From contig OX597815.1 of assembly GCA_951406725.2 (NCBI GenBank), forward strand, positions 203,670,001 to 203,734,000: 64,000 nucleotides of DNA, given 5' to 3'. Numbering within the stretch: the stretch's first letter is position 1; every line of letters begins with the position of its first letter. The translations under genes and the position numbers were made by a program. The notes under the pieces were generated by a model. It was not told the origin of the DNA. It saw only the letters and a program-made list of their open reading frames with translations, and ran no database searches. Origin of the DNA: Octopus vulgaris. Its lineage: Eukaryota. Below, in pieces: positions 26,568-39,339 of the stretch.

Positions 26568-27393
26568 ACATATGCACACATGCACGTAATACATGTACAC
26601 TCTCGCATACACACTTACATGCGCGCACACACACACACACACAGATATATATATACATATACATATACAAATAGAAGGCTAAGCAAGATTAATATACTAA
26701 ATTAATTAAAGTAATAAAATTATTCATTAATTTGAAGATAAAGTAAGAATATATGAAGATTAAGTGAACATAGAAAGTAGAAGGAATTGTGTTGAAATGA
26801 GCTTCCATAGATTCGGATAGAAGAGAAAAACTAGACACCAAGAACACAACAAAAATATATGATGAATTATTAAGCGAAGTTTGGAATGAAAATAAGATGC
26901 AAGATAATAAATGAATGAAACCCATACTATATGTAATGCTTAATGTTAATTAGACAAATCTAAGCATTCATATGTACTAATTATCCGGAAAAAACATGTA
27001 CACACACTTATATTCGTATAAATAAAAATATATATGCACATTCGCACAGATACCGAATCATATAAACATATTTATGCATACACATAAATACACATATCCA
27101 CAGATACATACATACACAAATATCGAACATAGAAGAAAAACAAAGTGAAAAAATTATAATATAGTAAATTAAGTTTTTTAATTTATTTAAAATAGGTTTT
27201 GCTAATAGTTATGCATATACCGACCCCAAAACAAAATGAAAAATCATAAATCTCATAAGTTTTTAATTTATTCATAATAGGTTCTATTAATAGTATGTCT
27301 ATACCCACCCAAACACACATATACATATATATATATATGTATATCTGAATACATACACAAATGCCCATATGTATACGTATATCTACACACAAA

Positions 27394-27447
<54 letters not shown>

Positions 27448-27733
27448 CATATTCACACTTAAACAATAACATACATAAACATGCAAACACATATACACAT
27501 ATTTGTACATATAGATATGCAACACATACAAATTTATATGTATATACACACAGCACATACACACACTAATAGTTAGATGAATATCCACAAATATGACAAT
27601 ATAAACACATAAAGAAAAATTAAAACAAAACTATACAAAAACATAGAGTAAAAAGATATATAAATATTTGAATATAAGGATAAAAAGAATATGCATATAT
27701 ACATATATATATATACACATATACACACATCAA

Positions 27734-27777
<44 letters not shown>

Positions 27778-28059
27778 TATACATACATACACATATACAT
27801 ACAATCTAGGCATATATACCCATCCTATCCATATACACATACATAGACACTAATAGGTGGATGAATATCCATAAGTCTAAAAATATAAAGGTAGGGATAA
27901 ATAAAAATTAGAATAAAATATATAATCATACATACATAAACATTTGGATATAAATAAATAGACAGACATATATATACTTATACATACATATGCACACATA
28001 CATACATATATATCAATATATGGTAAACTTAGTAAACTCATTATAGTTAGATATATACC

Positions 28060-28581
28060 TATAGCTAGGAAAAAAAATTAATCTTGAATAATGGTCTAAT
28101 ACCTACCGATTTTTAAATTGGTTTAATAATATTACAAATAAAAATAAATATAAATGTTCACAAGTGGATATTAGAAGTTATTATTCCTGTGCTAACCGTA
28201 TAGTCCTTATCAAAGTACTCATTGTTAAAATAAATTTTACTAATATTAGCAAAGAGTAGATCAATATTAAATTAGCTGCGAAGCAATCTCTGATAAGATT
28301 TGATAATAAAAACTGGGATCGTAAGGACACTCATAATTATATAGATATTACTATGGGATCTGCCGACTCTGCCGTAGATACTGACATAGTCGGAATTAAT
28401 CTGCTATCACAAACTAAAAGTGAATGTATGAAATATACTAACCGAGAACCCGTAAAAATTCGAGAATGGAACGCCTAACGTAAGAACACGTAAAAAAGGT
28501 CATTCTCTATATATGGATGCTACCAACAAATACAAAAATGGAACAATGCACACGGTATTATATTATATTATTCATACATAT

Positions 28582-28612
<31 letters not shown>

Positions 28613-29287
28613 AATTCAGCTACACATACACGCATATATATATATATACAAAACAAGAGAGATGGAAATAAGATTAATAACAGTTTATTTGCATTAATAA
28701 ACCTAGACCTACAATTGTTTCAGTTCATCAAGATAAGATTTGATAATAAAAACTGGGATCGTAAGGACACTCATAATTATATAGATATTACTATGGGATC
28801 TGCCGACTCTGCCGTAGTTACTGACATAGTCGGAATTAATCTGCTATCACAAACTAAAAGTGAATTCCTTGAATTTATTGGTGGTCTTTATCGAAACGAT
28901 GCCCTCTTTGCTATTAAAAATACTACTCATAGGAGACTAGTCTTGTATTAGATAAATCTGCATATCTTTTAAATAGGTCTTTCGATTGTAAAAGATAACT
29001 GTTGTGTAAATTTTTTGGATGCTAACCTTAATCTTGTTAGTGGCAAGCATGAACATTTCATAAACCAAATAAAGGTTTAAGATAAATCAACTACAATAAC
29101 AAACATCCTGTTGCAATTAAAAATACCTTAATGAAAAATACTGAAAAACGAATATGATATTTATCATCTAATAAGGAGATTCTTAGTAAGCATGCTGATT
29201 TTTCTAATGCCGCATAAGAAAAGGCTTGATATAGGGGTAAAATTAAATATATTAATGATAAACTTAAACATTGTAATGTTAAATTCA

Positions 29288-29290
<3 letters not shown>
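28060..29290 (+). mobile_element. Penelope-like reverse-transcriptase pseudogene, interrupted by a local duplication
   Basis: WFNNITNKNKYK..VDIRSYY; DITMGSADSAVVTDIVGINLL; GLYRNDAL (YRDD motif); FLDANLNL; HKPN; KHPVAIK. Confidence 0.88.
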
Positions 29291-29357
<67 letters not shown>

Positions 29358-29376
29358 TAATAATAATGATAATAAA

Positions 29377-29443
<67 letters not shown>
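29290..29443. repeat. (AAT)n microsatellite at the 5' junction of the R4/Dong LINE
   Basis: Directly visible. Confidence 0.97.
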
Positions 29444-29444
<1 letters not shown>

Positions 29445-30673
29445 GAGCAATACTCAGAGAATGTTATCGCAGAGTAAGAGCAATACTCAAGACAGCTGAA
29501 TGCGAGAAACAGGATCGAAGTGATCAATGCTTTAGCTATACCAGTCGTGACTTACAGTTTCAATATCGTTAACTGGTCAATTACTGAAATATGTAATCTT
29601 GACAGAAAAATACGAAAACTGTTGACAATGCATAGAATGCACCACCCTAAGATAGATACAGAACGACTTTATCTGCCAAGAAAAGAGGGAGGCCGTGGAC
29701 TTTTACAACTGGCAATAACAATGAAGATTGCTACAATTGGCCTAGACACCTACCTGAAAAACTCTGAGGACTGGATGTTAAAACTTGCCTCAAAACATGA
29801 AAACAAGAAAGCATCATACTCAGTAACAAAACAGGCAAAGGAATATCTAAGTGAATTCCGAATAAAAACAAATTTCGGAATTAGACAGACAAGAAACAAG
29901 CACAGAAAAAGCTAAGCGCATGAAAACCCGTGCTAAAACTGCGGCCTTAGATATTCTGAATGATAAATGGCTAGAAAAACCTCTCTATGGCAAATACCCA
30001 AAGAGAGCGAATAATGCAGATGTTGACAAAGCCCTGACCCATCAATGGCTAATGGCCTCTGGTTTAAAATCTGAAACAGAAGGGTTTATCATAGCAGCTC
30101 AAGATAAATGCCTACCAAGAAACTACCAGGCCAAAATATTAAAGAACGACAGTAGCCCAACATGTCGTGTACGTCAACAACAAAATGAAACCATTGATCA
30201 TGTTGTCTCCGAGTGCAGTCTTCTAGCGCCTACAGAGTATCTCAACAGGCATGATAGAGCTGCACAATATATCCCCTGGGTAATTTGCAAAAACCTGGAT
30301 TTGCCCCATGAAAAAAACTGGTGGGAACACAAACCACCTCCAGTACTTGAAAATGACCACATCTCACTCCTCTGGAACTTCCCCATTCAAACTGACAGAA
30401 AGATAGATGCAAATAGGCCAGACATCATATTGAAAGACTTCAGACAAAGAACATGCCTCCTCATTGATATGACCGTCTCAATCGATATAAACGTATCTGT
30501 CAAGACCTACCAAAAACTGAGCAAATATAAAGATCTTGAAATAGAAATCAGCAAAATGTGGAACCTGAAGACTAAAACAATACCTGTTGTCATAGGTACC
30601 CTGGGAATGATAGCAAAAGGGGCTGATTGCTACCTAACTCAGATACCAGGAAACCCCAAAATGGCAGAAATTC
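29444..30673 (+). mobile_element. R4/Dong-clade non-LTR retrotransposon fragment (RT thumb, zinc knuckle, REL endonuclease); frameshifted
   Basis: RLYLPRKEGGRGL; LKSETEGFIIAAQD; CRVR..ETIDHVVSEC (CCHC with one C lost); YLNRHD; RPDII..LIDM; abuts (AAT)n, the known Dong target. Confidence 0.92.
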
Positions 30674-31110
30674 GGCCTTTGACCGCCGCCACGACAACAC
30701 CGTTTTCTTCGTCTGCCGCAAAGGCACTTATTTCCAAATACGCCAGCTAAGATAAGTTGAACTGTCTAAAGTCGTAAGATACCCGCTTTTTTTGTCCTGT
30801 TATTACTATTCTTGTCTTTTAATTTATTGTTTTTTGTATTTATATTCGTGTGGCATCGTCCGTTTTTCTGTCCTTGTTTCGTATACATTCGATCTTTCTT
30901 CCAAGAAATCTAATGCTCGTAGCTTAGTTTTTCCTTGGGGCTGGCCGGATCGGAGCGATCTCAGGATTAATCAGCCGAAATTGCGAGGATGATCTGGTTC
31001 CTGACTGAAGATTAGAGGCTTCGAATGACCCGTCCGTTTTTTGTGTCGTCTCTTTGTGTGTTTTGCGTTCTTGTCCCATTTTGTATTTTTATATATAATT
31101 TTTATACATA
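30674..31110 (+). mobile_element. Unrelated insertion, probably a Penelope pLTR-type end, truncating the Dong ORF
   Basis: ORF homology stops abruptly at PKMAEI; T-rich tail runs into (TA)n; weak CTGAAGA..CGAA..GTC remnant near 31004-31034. Confidence 0.45.
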
Positions 31111-31220
31111 TATATGTATATATATTTATGTATATATATATACATATATGTATATATACATGTATGTATGCATATATATGTATAAACATATATATATATA
31201 TATATATATATATACGTATG

Positions 31221-31256
<36 letters not shown>

Positions 31257-31639
31257 AAAGAAAAGAAAAGAAATGGAGCAATAATTAACAATGAGAAGTT
31301 GATCATTGGTATTAAAAAGTCATAGTTTAATTGTAGTTCAGAACCATTTCAGTTATCTCAGTTTATCAAATCGAAGTAAATTTGCATTTATCTCGTTCAA
31401 TTTAACAAACATTTTTAGAATGATTTAGAGCAATATAAATGGGGTAAAGAGAAAAGAAAAGGAAAGGAAAAAGCAAAAAAAAAAGGTAAAAATTTCGTTA
31501 AGTCTTTAGGCTTACATTTTAGTGACATTTTGTGTACGTTTCCTCAATTAGATGAATGGAGTAAGTGGGGAAAATGAGTATTTGACCGGTGGTGTTAGTC
31601 GAAAGAGTTATACTTGGTGGAGATATCCGTTGTAGTTAA

Positions 31640-32437
31640 TCTCTCTATACGTAAACGGCAGTTTGTCTGTATGTGTGTCTGTCAGGTTGTACCCACACCC
31701 TGACCACGGCTTTCAACCGATTCTGATGAAACTTGACACACACATAGCCCAATGTCATAATTCAAAACTAACGCAGCGAAAATTTTGAAAAGTTCCCCCA
31801 ATTCTGAAAATAAATCGATAAATTCGACATGGGCCGAAAATCTAAGCTTTTTATATGCAATACATTTTCTACAGACTGTCTAGGGGACGCAACTCGACCT
31901 TTTTGACTCTCCGAACACGTGGGGTAAGTATCCCAAAATGTATAAAAATGTACAAAAACGGCAAAAAAGCGGGCAGCAATGTGAGTGACAACAACGAAAA
32001 AGTCAAAAGTGACCAAACTGAACAAACGAATGGAAAAGGCTTTTTGATGCACGCGACAAAAGCGGTTTATAATAAACCAAGAGTTTGCAAGTAGCGTCCG
32101 AGGACCCTTAGGGTACGTCATAAATTTAAGGTAAAACGTTTGGGGTGGCAGTTATAAAGAAAGTGTAAACAAAAAAGTATTCGAATAACTTGCGGCTGCA
32201 GCAGCTATTAGCAGAAGTGGCGGTGTTGGGGGTAAAGTCTCGAATGTAATTTCTTCCTGGTAGGAATTGGTTGGTTTGAATTATCGATAGCTGTTTGATA
32301 GTTATTTGGGGGTGAAGAGAAGACATTGCAACCTACACATGCGCCTTCGTTCCCTAGAGGGAAAGGACTAGATTGGGATTAGTCATTGCCTACTAGGGGC
32401 TCTTACATACCCGGGCAACGCCGGGCTATGCTGCTAG
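31640..32437 (+). mobile_element. Non-autonomous Helitron, both ends intact
   Basis: A|TCTCTCTAT... to ...CCCGGGCAACGCCGGG-CTATGCTG-CTAG|T: canonical TC and CTAG ends, 3' hairpin, AT insertion site. Confidence 0.92.
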
Positions 32438-32489
32438 TTGTAATATATAACGCTGTTTGTGACCAATAGGTTAGTTCCTATGATTACAA

Positions 32490-32559
<70 letters not shown>

Positions 32560-33064
32560 GGAAAACCCTGGAGGGGTTAGCACAAAACTTTGGCATTGAG
32601 AGACCTATACCAATCCCCGAACTGGACGTCACTGCACTGTTCCAAAAATGTCAGCCATCCTGTCTATAGCGAGGACTGTGTACTGGAATTACTAGAGATT
32701 TAAGGGCCCACAACTATTTAATACTTTGCCAAAATATCTGAGATATCTACATAATAAAACGCAAATAAAGTGAGAGTGGTAAGCATGTTTTCGAGCTTTA
32801 AAAAACATAATAGACCAATACCGTGATTTATTCCTATTACAAAAAATCATGGTTCAGCTTCTACATCTGTATTGATTTTTTTCTCTGGGTTCTCATTCCT
32901 GTATTGTGTAAATACACAAATGTCCTCAAACGTTCACCAGATGAGGTGAAGATGATAGTAACTTTTAACAACTCAGTTGCTCACCGAGATAACAATATCT
33001 TGTTCGTAATAATGGTAAAAAAATATAGTACAGAGTCTAAGCATCTAACATTAACTCCATGCAA

Positions 33065-33282
33065 AGCAGTGACCTGGCAGAATGGTTAGCGCGCCGGGTA
33101 AAATACTTAGCGGCATTTCGTTCATCTTTACGTTCTGAGTTTAAATTCTGCCAACGTCGACATTATCTTTCATCGTTTCGGGTTCGATAAATAAGTTACA
33201 GTTGAACACTGGAGTTGATGTAATCGAATCTACCACTCCCCTGAAATTGCTGGCCTTGTGCCAAAATTTGAGACCAATATTA
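33065..33282 (+). mobile_element. SINE family B, diverged
   Basis: ctggcagaatggttagcgcgccggg..ttacgttctgagtttaaatt..ctttcatcgtttcgggttcgataaa; tail differs from the 19638 copy. Confidence 0.85.
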
Positions 33283-34914
33283 ACCCCATGCTTAACCCAT
33301 TGAGTAAGTTATAATTGCAGCCTTTAAGAGATTATTCTGTTGACGATAATATTCAGAGTAATTCCTTCTAGTGTTAAAACACTATCTTTACTCTTTTCCT
33401 GTCTAGTGTACCACTTGTGATCGCAGGACTGGTTTCTTTGGTCTCCACGCATCATTTACGCTTTTCCAATTGTTTTTCAACTATCAGATTGACATTGCAC
33501 ATATGAAAGGAAAACTTTATATCACTTAAAATGTATGTAACAGGGGTTGACAAAAAGTCTGAAAACAAGCATGGACGTTTAGGACAAACTCATGAAAATG
33601 TTTTGTTTATGCAAAGGATTAAGAAGGACAAAGAACTCTCAGTAACATTAAGAACTACAACGCTATATCTACAATATTGAATTTAGCAGCTTCATAGAAG
33701 TTCTGCTTTTATATAGACAGGAGTATCACAAGATTTAGCTTCATTTTTACAAGCTGCAACATCTTGTATCTTTCAAGAAGACTTTTGTCATAACCCCAAT
33801 AAATTTTGAATTACTCAGAGATAGTATGTTGTCTAGTTGAATTACGAGATTTGTGTGTGTGAGTGTGTTTGTGTGTGTGTGTGTCTGTGTGTGCGTGTAT
33901 GTGCGCATGTGTGTGTACGTGTGAGAGACAGATAAAGAGTGAGTCACGGTGTTGTTTCTAATAAATTGTTTCTAAACATAGGATACATGAAACATGAGTA
34001 TAGAATAAAACCTTCGCTTTAGTAAATCGTTGTCTCTTCCCCCTCCACCACCCCTTTTGCTTACTCCCTCTCAATGTCTAACACACACGCACGCACGCGC
34101 ACACACACACACACACACACACACTCAGTACTCAGACATATGTAACTGTATGCCATGAAAAATAATCTTTTTGAAAAAGTTTTCTGGGTATATTTTTCCT
34201 GTGTGTTCTTTCTGCATTATCAAAAATTAGGTTTCTTACAATTAATACCTTCATGGTAAATTTTAATTTTAATTTAACTAGCGTCACGTATCGAAATTTG
34301 TTACAAACCGATTCAATAACTTAATACCTAAGATAAAGCATTGTTAATACGATTATAATTTTTAGTTCTATTCTAAGGTCTCCATCAACCAGAGTTGGAC
34401 ATCACTCTGCACGTGCATGTACATGTAAGTCTCCCCTCTCCACGTCACTGATGTGGTCTGCGAAAATGTAAGTCTGATATTGCCTGACATCAGTGTCGTC
34501 GAGATATTGCTCTCAGAAGGCGGAGCCAGATCAGATATCGCAAAGTATCCCATTCTTTGGGCACTTCAAGAGCTTACGCCGACAACATTTTGTTCACAAA
34601 GCTTGAATATAGATAAAAGGGGAAAACATTTATGCAAGATGCTGCGGGACTTCGTGATTGCAAAGTTGATTTCTTAATGACACAGACTGAGTTTTAAAAA
34701 ATACATAGAAGAGAGTATTACATAAAACGTAGAATATCAAAATGGGAGAATATGGTACTTGTCTCAAAACTTCAGAAGCAATCGTTTGTTGAACTCAAAA
34801 TATAAGGCTTATCTTTATCGGGTTTTTGTTTTCATGGCAAAGTTTTGAATATATATATATTGTATTAAACATATTTCGTCAAATTTGTTTATATGCTAAT
34901 GTTGTTCTATCTAC

Positions 34915-35092
34915 AGGTCGAATACACCATTTTCAAAGGTGACCCAGCCATGATCACTCCATCTTTTGTTTTAATAATTTTATTATCCAGCACTATAATA
35001 GCCATTGTATCATTCTACTTTTAGAGTAAAATGTGATTTGGAGGATATTTCGTGATTATTTCTCGCAATATCAGCGTCTATGTAGAGGCTTC
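34915..35092 (-). repeat. Old interspersed repeat; related piece at about 45920-45990 (+)
   Basis: gaagcctctacatag..agaaataatcacgaaatatcctccaaatcac resembles gaagacctctatatgg..agaaatagcagcaaaatatccctcaaagcac. Confidence 0.5.
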
Positions 35093-35262
35093 CAAATTTA
35101 CTTTTCATGAACATTGATGGAAGGTTTTGTGGTCTGTTTTGGAAGCTAAAATTATATGGTAATTTTATTTATAACGCCAGATTTCCTTATGCTTGCCAAC
35201 TGAAAAATATTAATAAGGGAAAGAATGCATGAAACATATATCAGAAATGGAATATAACAGTA

Positions 35263-35327
35263 AAAGTTAACCAGATGTAATATGAAAGTTAACCAGATGT
35301 AATATGAAAGTTAACCAGATGTAATAT
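35263..35327. repeat. 22-bp tandem repeat, three copies
   Basis: Unit AAAGTTAACCAGATGTAATATG. Confidence 0.95.
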
Positions 35328-37073
35328 ATAGGATGCAATATCATATCAGATATTTTAGATGATATATCAGTATCATAATACACTATATCAATAGATCTCA
35401 ATTATATAAGACTATACTAAACATTCAATTTATAGGATTTTTCCTGTTTAAACTAAAATCATCATGCTATATATGATAAGAGCGGAATTGGAAATGGAGG
35501 AGATAAGTGATTTTAGTCATGAGTTTAGCGAGAACCTTCTGAAATCGTATTAAGTGAATCTAAATTATTTTTACCGTTTCCCACAAAATTCAGTTTGCAT
35601 ACAATATATATTAGATCTTGAACACTTTCTTAGAACATCTTGATAAGGAGTATTATTGTTAGTATCCATTTTTCCTCATGTATTTATGAGTGAGTTTGAG
35701 CGTAAATTTGTAAATTAACGGTATGCCGATCAAACTTATATCCAGATTGCAAGAAAGAGAGCTAATATTTTATTATTTCACCTAGTTCTTGATCACGCCA
35801 TTATAGTGATCTATTAAATAGTAACTAAACATATCCAGTTAAAAGGAGAAAGAAACGGGAGTGTTGAAGTTCATACAGCGTAAATGAACTAAAATATACA
35901 ACTGCTGAGATAAGAAACGAAGTAGCAGATGTCGATTCTCGCAAATTTATCTCTTACTCAGTGGCACAGGTCATATTATAAGTATGGAAATGCTATCAAA
36001 ATATAAATCAAGAAAGGTTTGGGAATCATATAAGAAAGCGTTTTTGTTAAATTTAATATTATTTTAATGTGATAACTTTCCAAAGAAACTGAAGGTCATT
36101 TATGTGAGTTGTTTTAAACATATTTGTTGAATATAAGTTATGACGTCAAACGTTCATATGAGTTTATTGATGTTAGAAAAGTACGTGATTAGCCAACAAT
36201 TACTCCTATCAGTTAAAAGATTAATCACTTTGATTAAATATCATAAAATAGGTTTTCATTTATTTAACAAAGCTTTCGTAGTGTTACATACTTTACTGAA
36301 ATTAAGATAAGACGACCCAGTCCGTTTGTGAGTCAATGAGAAAGCCTGTACAAGTTTGACCTTAAAAACAAGGAAGTGCACATTGCAGAGTGTAGTCATA
36401 GATATGCAAAGTGATGAGACATTCACGACTATAATGCCTGTTATCATAGATCTGTTTGATCAGAGCAAAACTAGGGTTAAACAGCAAGAATAACTTACAC
36501 TTTAATTCATAAATAGGCTTTTCTCTGAGCAAAAAACAAAAACAAAACAAAACTCACGATGACAAGCCACCTGAATATGCCACGCAAAAGGAATACTTTA
36601 TTGTCACAAGGGTCTTTACAACTATAGATTCCACTATCGACAAACATCCTGACATTAATAACGTATCTCAGACCACTATTGCAATATCACGAAAGAAAGC
36701 TAACCCAACCATAGATATAAGGCAAACATAGAAACATACACACACACACGCTAAAAACATTAGCAGAATAAAAAATAACCCGCAGTATTCTGCATCTGCT
36801 GCGCATCCCAAAATTTAAATGTAAAAGAATAATGAACCTCTTGCTTGCCTGAATCCACTATACAAGATAAAAATTGTGAAATGTGGTTCTCTAGCAGGCA
36901 TCGCTGGATAACGCTTAGTGCTTCGATCGGCTACTTATGTATTTAGTAAAACACTGTGAGAAAAAAGGATATTCTTCATCAGCAAAATGTAATACTATTT
37001 CGGGCAGTGGGTAAATGTTTTGCTGTAAGCAAGAATAGAAGTCTAATGTTTCAAGCAAGACATTGTCAGGGAG

Positions 37074-37106
<33 letters not shown>

Positions 37107-37347
37107 CAGACAGACAGAGACAGAGACAGACAGAGAGAGACAGAGAGAGAGAGACAGAGAGAGAGACAGACAGACAGACAGATATGAAATAACAATTGAT
37201 GTTTAAGGGTAAATAATATACTTTCGTGTCATATCGGCTAATTACAGCTGAACTGAGTAACAGAGCAACACTAACTAACGATGGTTCAAACATAAGTTCT
37301 GAAGAAGAGGAAGTATAACTGATTGAACTATTCACAACGTATTAATA

Positions 37348-37922
37348 CAGTGATCCCTCGCCATGTCGCGGTTCACCCATCACGGTTTCTTATTTAAGCT
37401 TACGTCGATTCCTCTGTGGTGGTGTTTTGCATTTATAATAAAATAAATATATACAAATTATGAAAATGATAAGAAAAATATACAGTACTAGCAGTATCGC
37501 CCGGCGTTGCTCGGGTTTGTAAGGGAAATAACTATAAGCATTTTTAGAGAGTTATAGCCAAAAAATAGCAAAAAAGAGGCATTAAAAATGGAAAAAAAAT
37601 GATGGTAAATCTTTTTTAAAAATCGTTGACTGATCGTAGACATTTTTAGAGAGTTATTTCCCTTTTATAATAGCGAAAAAAATGCATTAAAATGGAAAAA
37701 AAAGATGGTAAATTATTTTAAAAATCGTAGACTCATCGTAGAAGGGCTCGATATGAATCACGACTATAAGATACCCGGTTTTGGTTAAACTGCACCGCAA
37801 AATGTGGGAGTAGTTAGGAATCTAAATCGTAGGAGACAGACACACAACTTCACTTTTATATATAAAGATATCGCGTGGGGGGTGGTTCAAACGTAACACT
37901 CACGATAGTCGAGGGACTACGA
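37348..37922. mobile_element. pogo/Tigger-like MITE interrupted by a Helitron
   Basis: TA-CAGTGATCCCTCG... and ...CGAGGGACTAC terminal inverted motifs. Confidence 0.65.
37488..37868 (-). mobile_element. Short non-autonomous Helitron, both ends intact
   Basis: Minus strand: A|TCTTTATATATAAAAGTGAAG...CCCGAGCAACGCCGGG-CGATACTG-CTAG|T; internal duplicated block. Confidence 0.9.
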
Positions 37923-38235
37923 TAGCGTTTATGTTAAAGACACGGTAAAGTTATATGATCGAGTCAGTTCTGACGAGGACTGACGCCATACTGAATACTG
38001 TAAATAGGTTAATATCTTTTTAATGCTTCAAACATACAAACAGATAAACTAATTCCAAATATGTTGTAAAACAGATATTTGGTGACTAAGCTGTTTTCTT
38101 CATTAAGTATGAGAGATATCTCCGAGCGTATCAACCTGATTTTGAATTTAAAGCAGATCCTAAATAACTTCGACGTTAGCCTTTGGAACAAAAGGTAAAT
38201 ATAATAACCACCAAAGGAGCCTCTACATGATTAGT

Positions 38236-38639
38236 CTTTTACTTGTTTCAGTCATTTGACTGCGGCCATGCTGGAGCACCGCCTTTAGTCGAGAAAATCG
38301 ACCGCGGGCCTTATTCTTTGTAAGCCCAGTACTTATTCTATCGGTCGCTTTTTGCCGAACCGCTAAGTGACGGGGACGTAAACACACCAGCATCGGTTGT
38401 CAAGCAATGCTAGGGGGACAAACACAGACACACAAACATATACACACACACTTATATGTATATATATACATATATACGACAGGCTTCTTTCAGTTTCCGT
38501 CTACCAAATCCACTCACAAGGCATTGGTCGGCCCGGGGCTATAGCAGAAGACACTTGCCCAAGATGCCACGCAGTGAGACTGAACCCGGAACCATGTGGT
38601 TGGTTAGCAAGCTACTTACCACACAGCCACTCCTGCGCC
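38236..38639 (-). mobile_element. SINE family A, full length
   Basis: High identity to 1451-1942. Confidence 0.93.
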
Positions 38640-38948
38640 TATTACTTGATTTATTTGAAACACCACTGAAATTTCTCTCAAATCACACTCTGCTATATAA
38701 GATAAAGAAAGTAAACGTTACATAAAATAATTCTGCACACCATCAAAAATATGAAATGATTGCAGTTTGAATGCCTTTGATTATTTGTCTGCTGGAACAG
38801 AAAGTTTAATAGGACAAAACAGCAACAGCAAAAGTAAAAAGCAAAATTTTACTAATATGGCTGAGGGTAAGATAATCTCTGCCAAGTTTTTTTCATACTA
38901 AATACAAATAAGGTATGGTCTCATGATATGTAGTATAGTGAAATGAAA

Positions 38949-39339
38949 GTGGAGGCGCAATGGCCCAGTGGTTAGGGCAGCGGACTCGCGGTCATAGGAT
39001 CGCGGTTTCGATTCCCAGACCGGGCGTTGTCAGTGTTTATTGAGCGAAAACACCTAAAGCTCCACGAGGCTCTGGCAGGAGATGGTGGTGATCCCTGCTG
39101 TACTCTTTCACCACAACTTTCTCTCACTCTTACTTCCTGTTTCTGTTGTACATGTATTTCAAAGGGGCCGACCTTGTCACTCTCTGTGTCACGCTGAATA
39201 TCCCCGAGAACTACGTTAAGGGTGCACGTGTCTGTGGTGTGCTGAGCCACTTACACGTTAATTTCACGAGCAGGCTGTTCCGTTGATTCGGATCAACCGG
39301 AACCATCGTCGTCGTAACCGACGGAATGCTTCCATAAAA
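38949..39339 (+). mobile_element. SINE family C, tail type 1, with target-site duplication
   Basis: 12-bp TSD AGTGAAATGAAA at 38937-38948 and 39340-39351. Confidence 0.95.

Noticed and set aside
29920-30750. 276-aa ORF as an intact endonuclease gene
   Set aside because: It is part of a truncated, frameshifted Dong LINE with a damaged CCHC knuckle, and its last 25 or so residues come from an unrelated insertion.
32560-32720. Possible C-terminus of an R4-like LINE
   Set aside because: Only a vague resemblance across frameshifts; insufficient support.
34453-34677. 74-aa ORF as a host gene
   Set aside because: GTG start, in-frame stop shortly upstream and no recognisable motif; kept only as a candidate island.
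35263-35327. Direct repeats (also the 15-bp duplication at 53159-53193) as a CRISPR-like array
   Set aside because: Head-to-tail copies with no spacers in a eukaryotic context.
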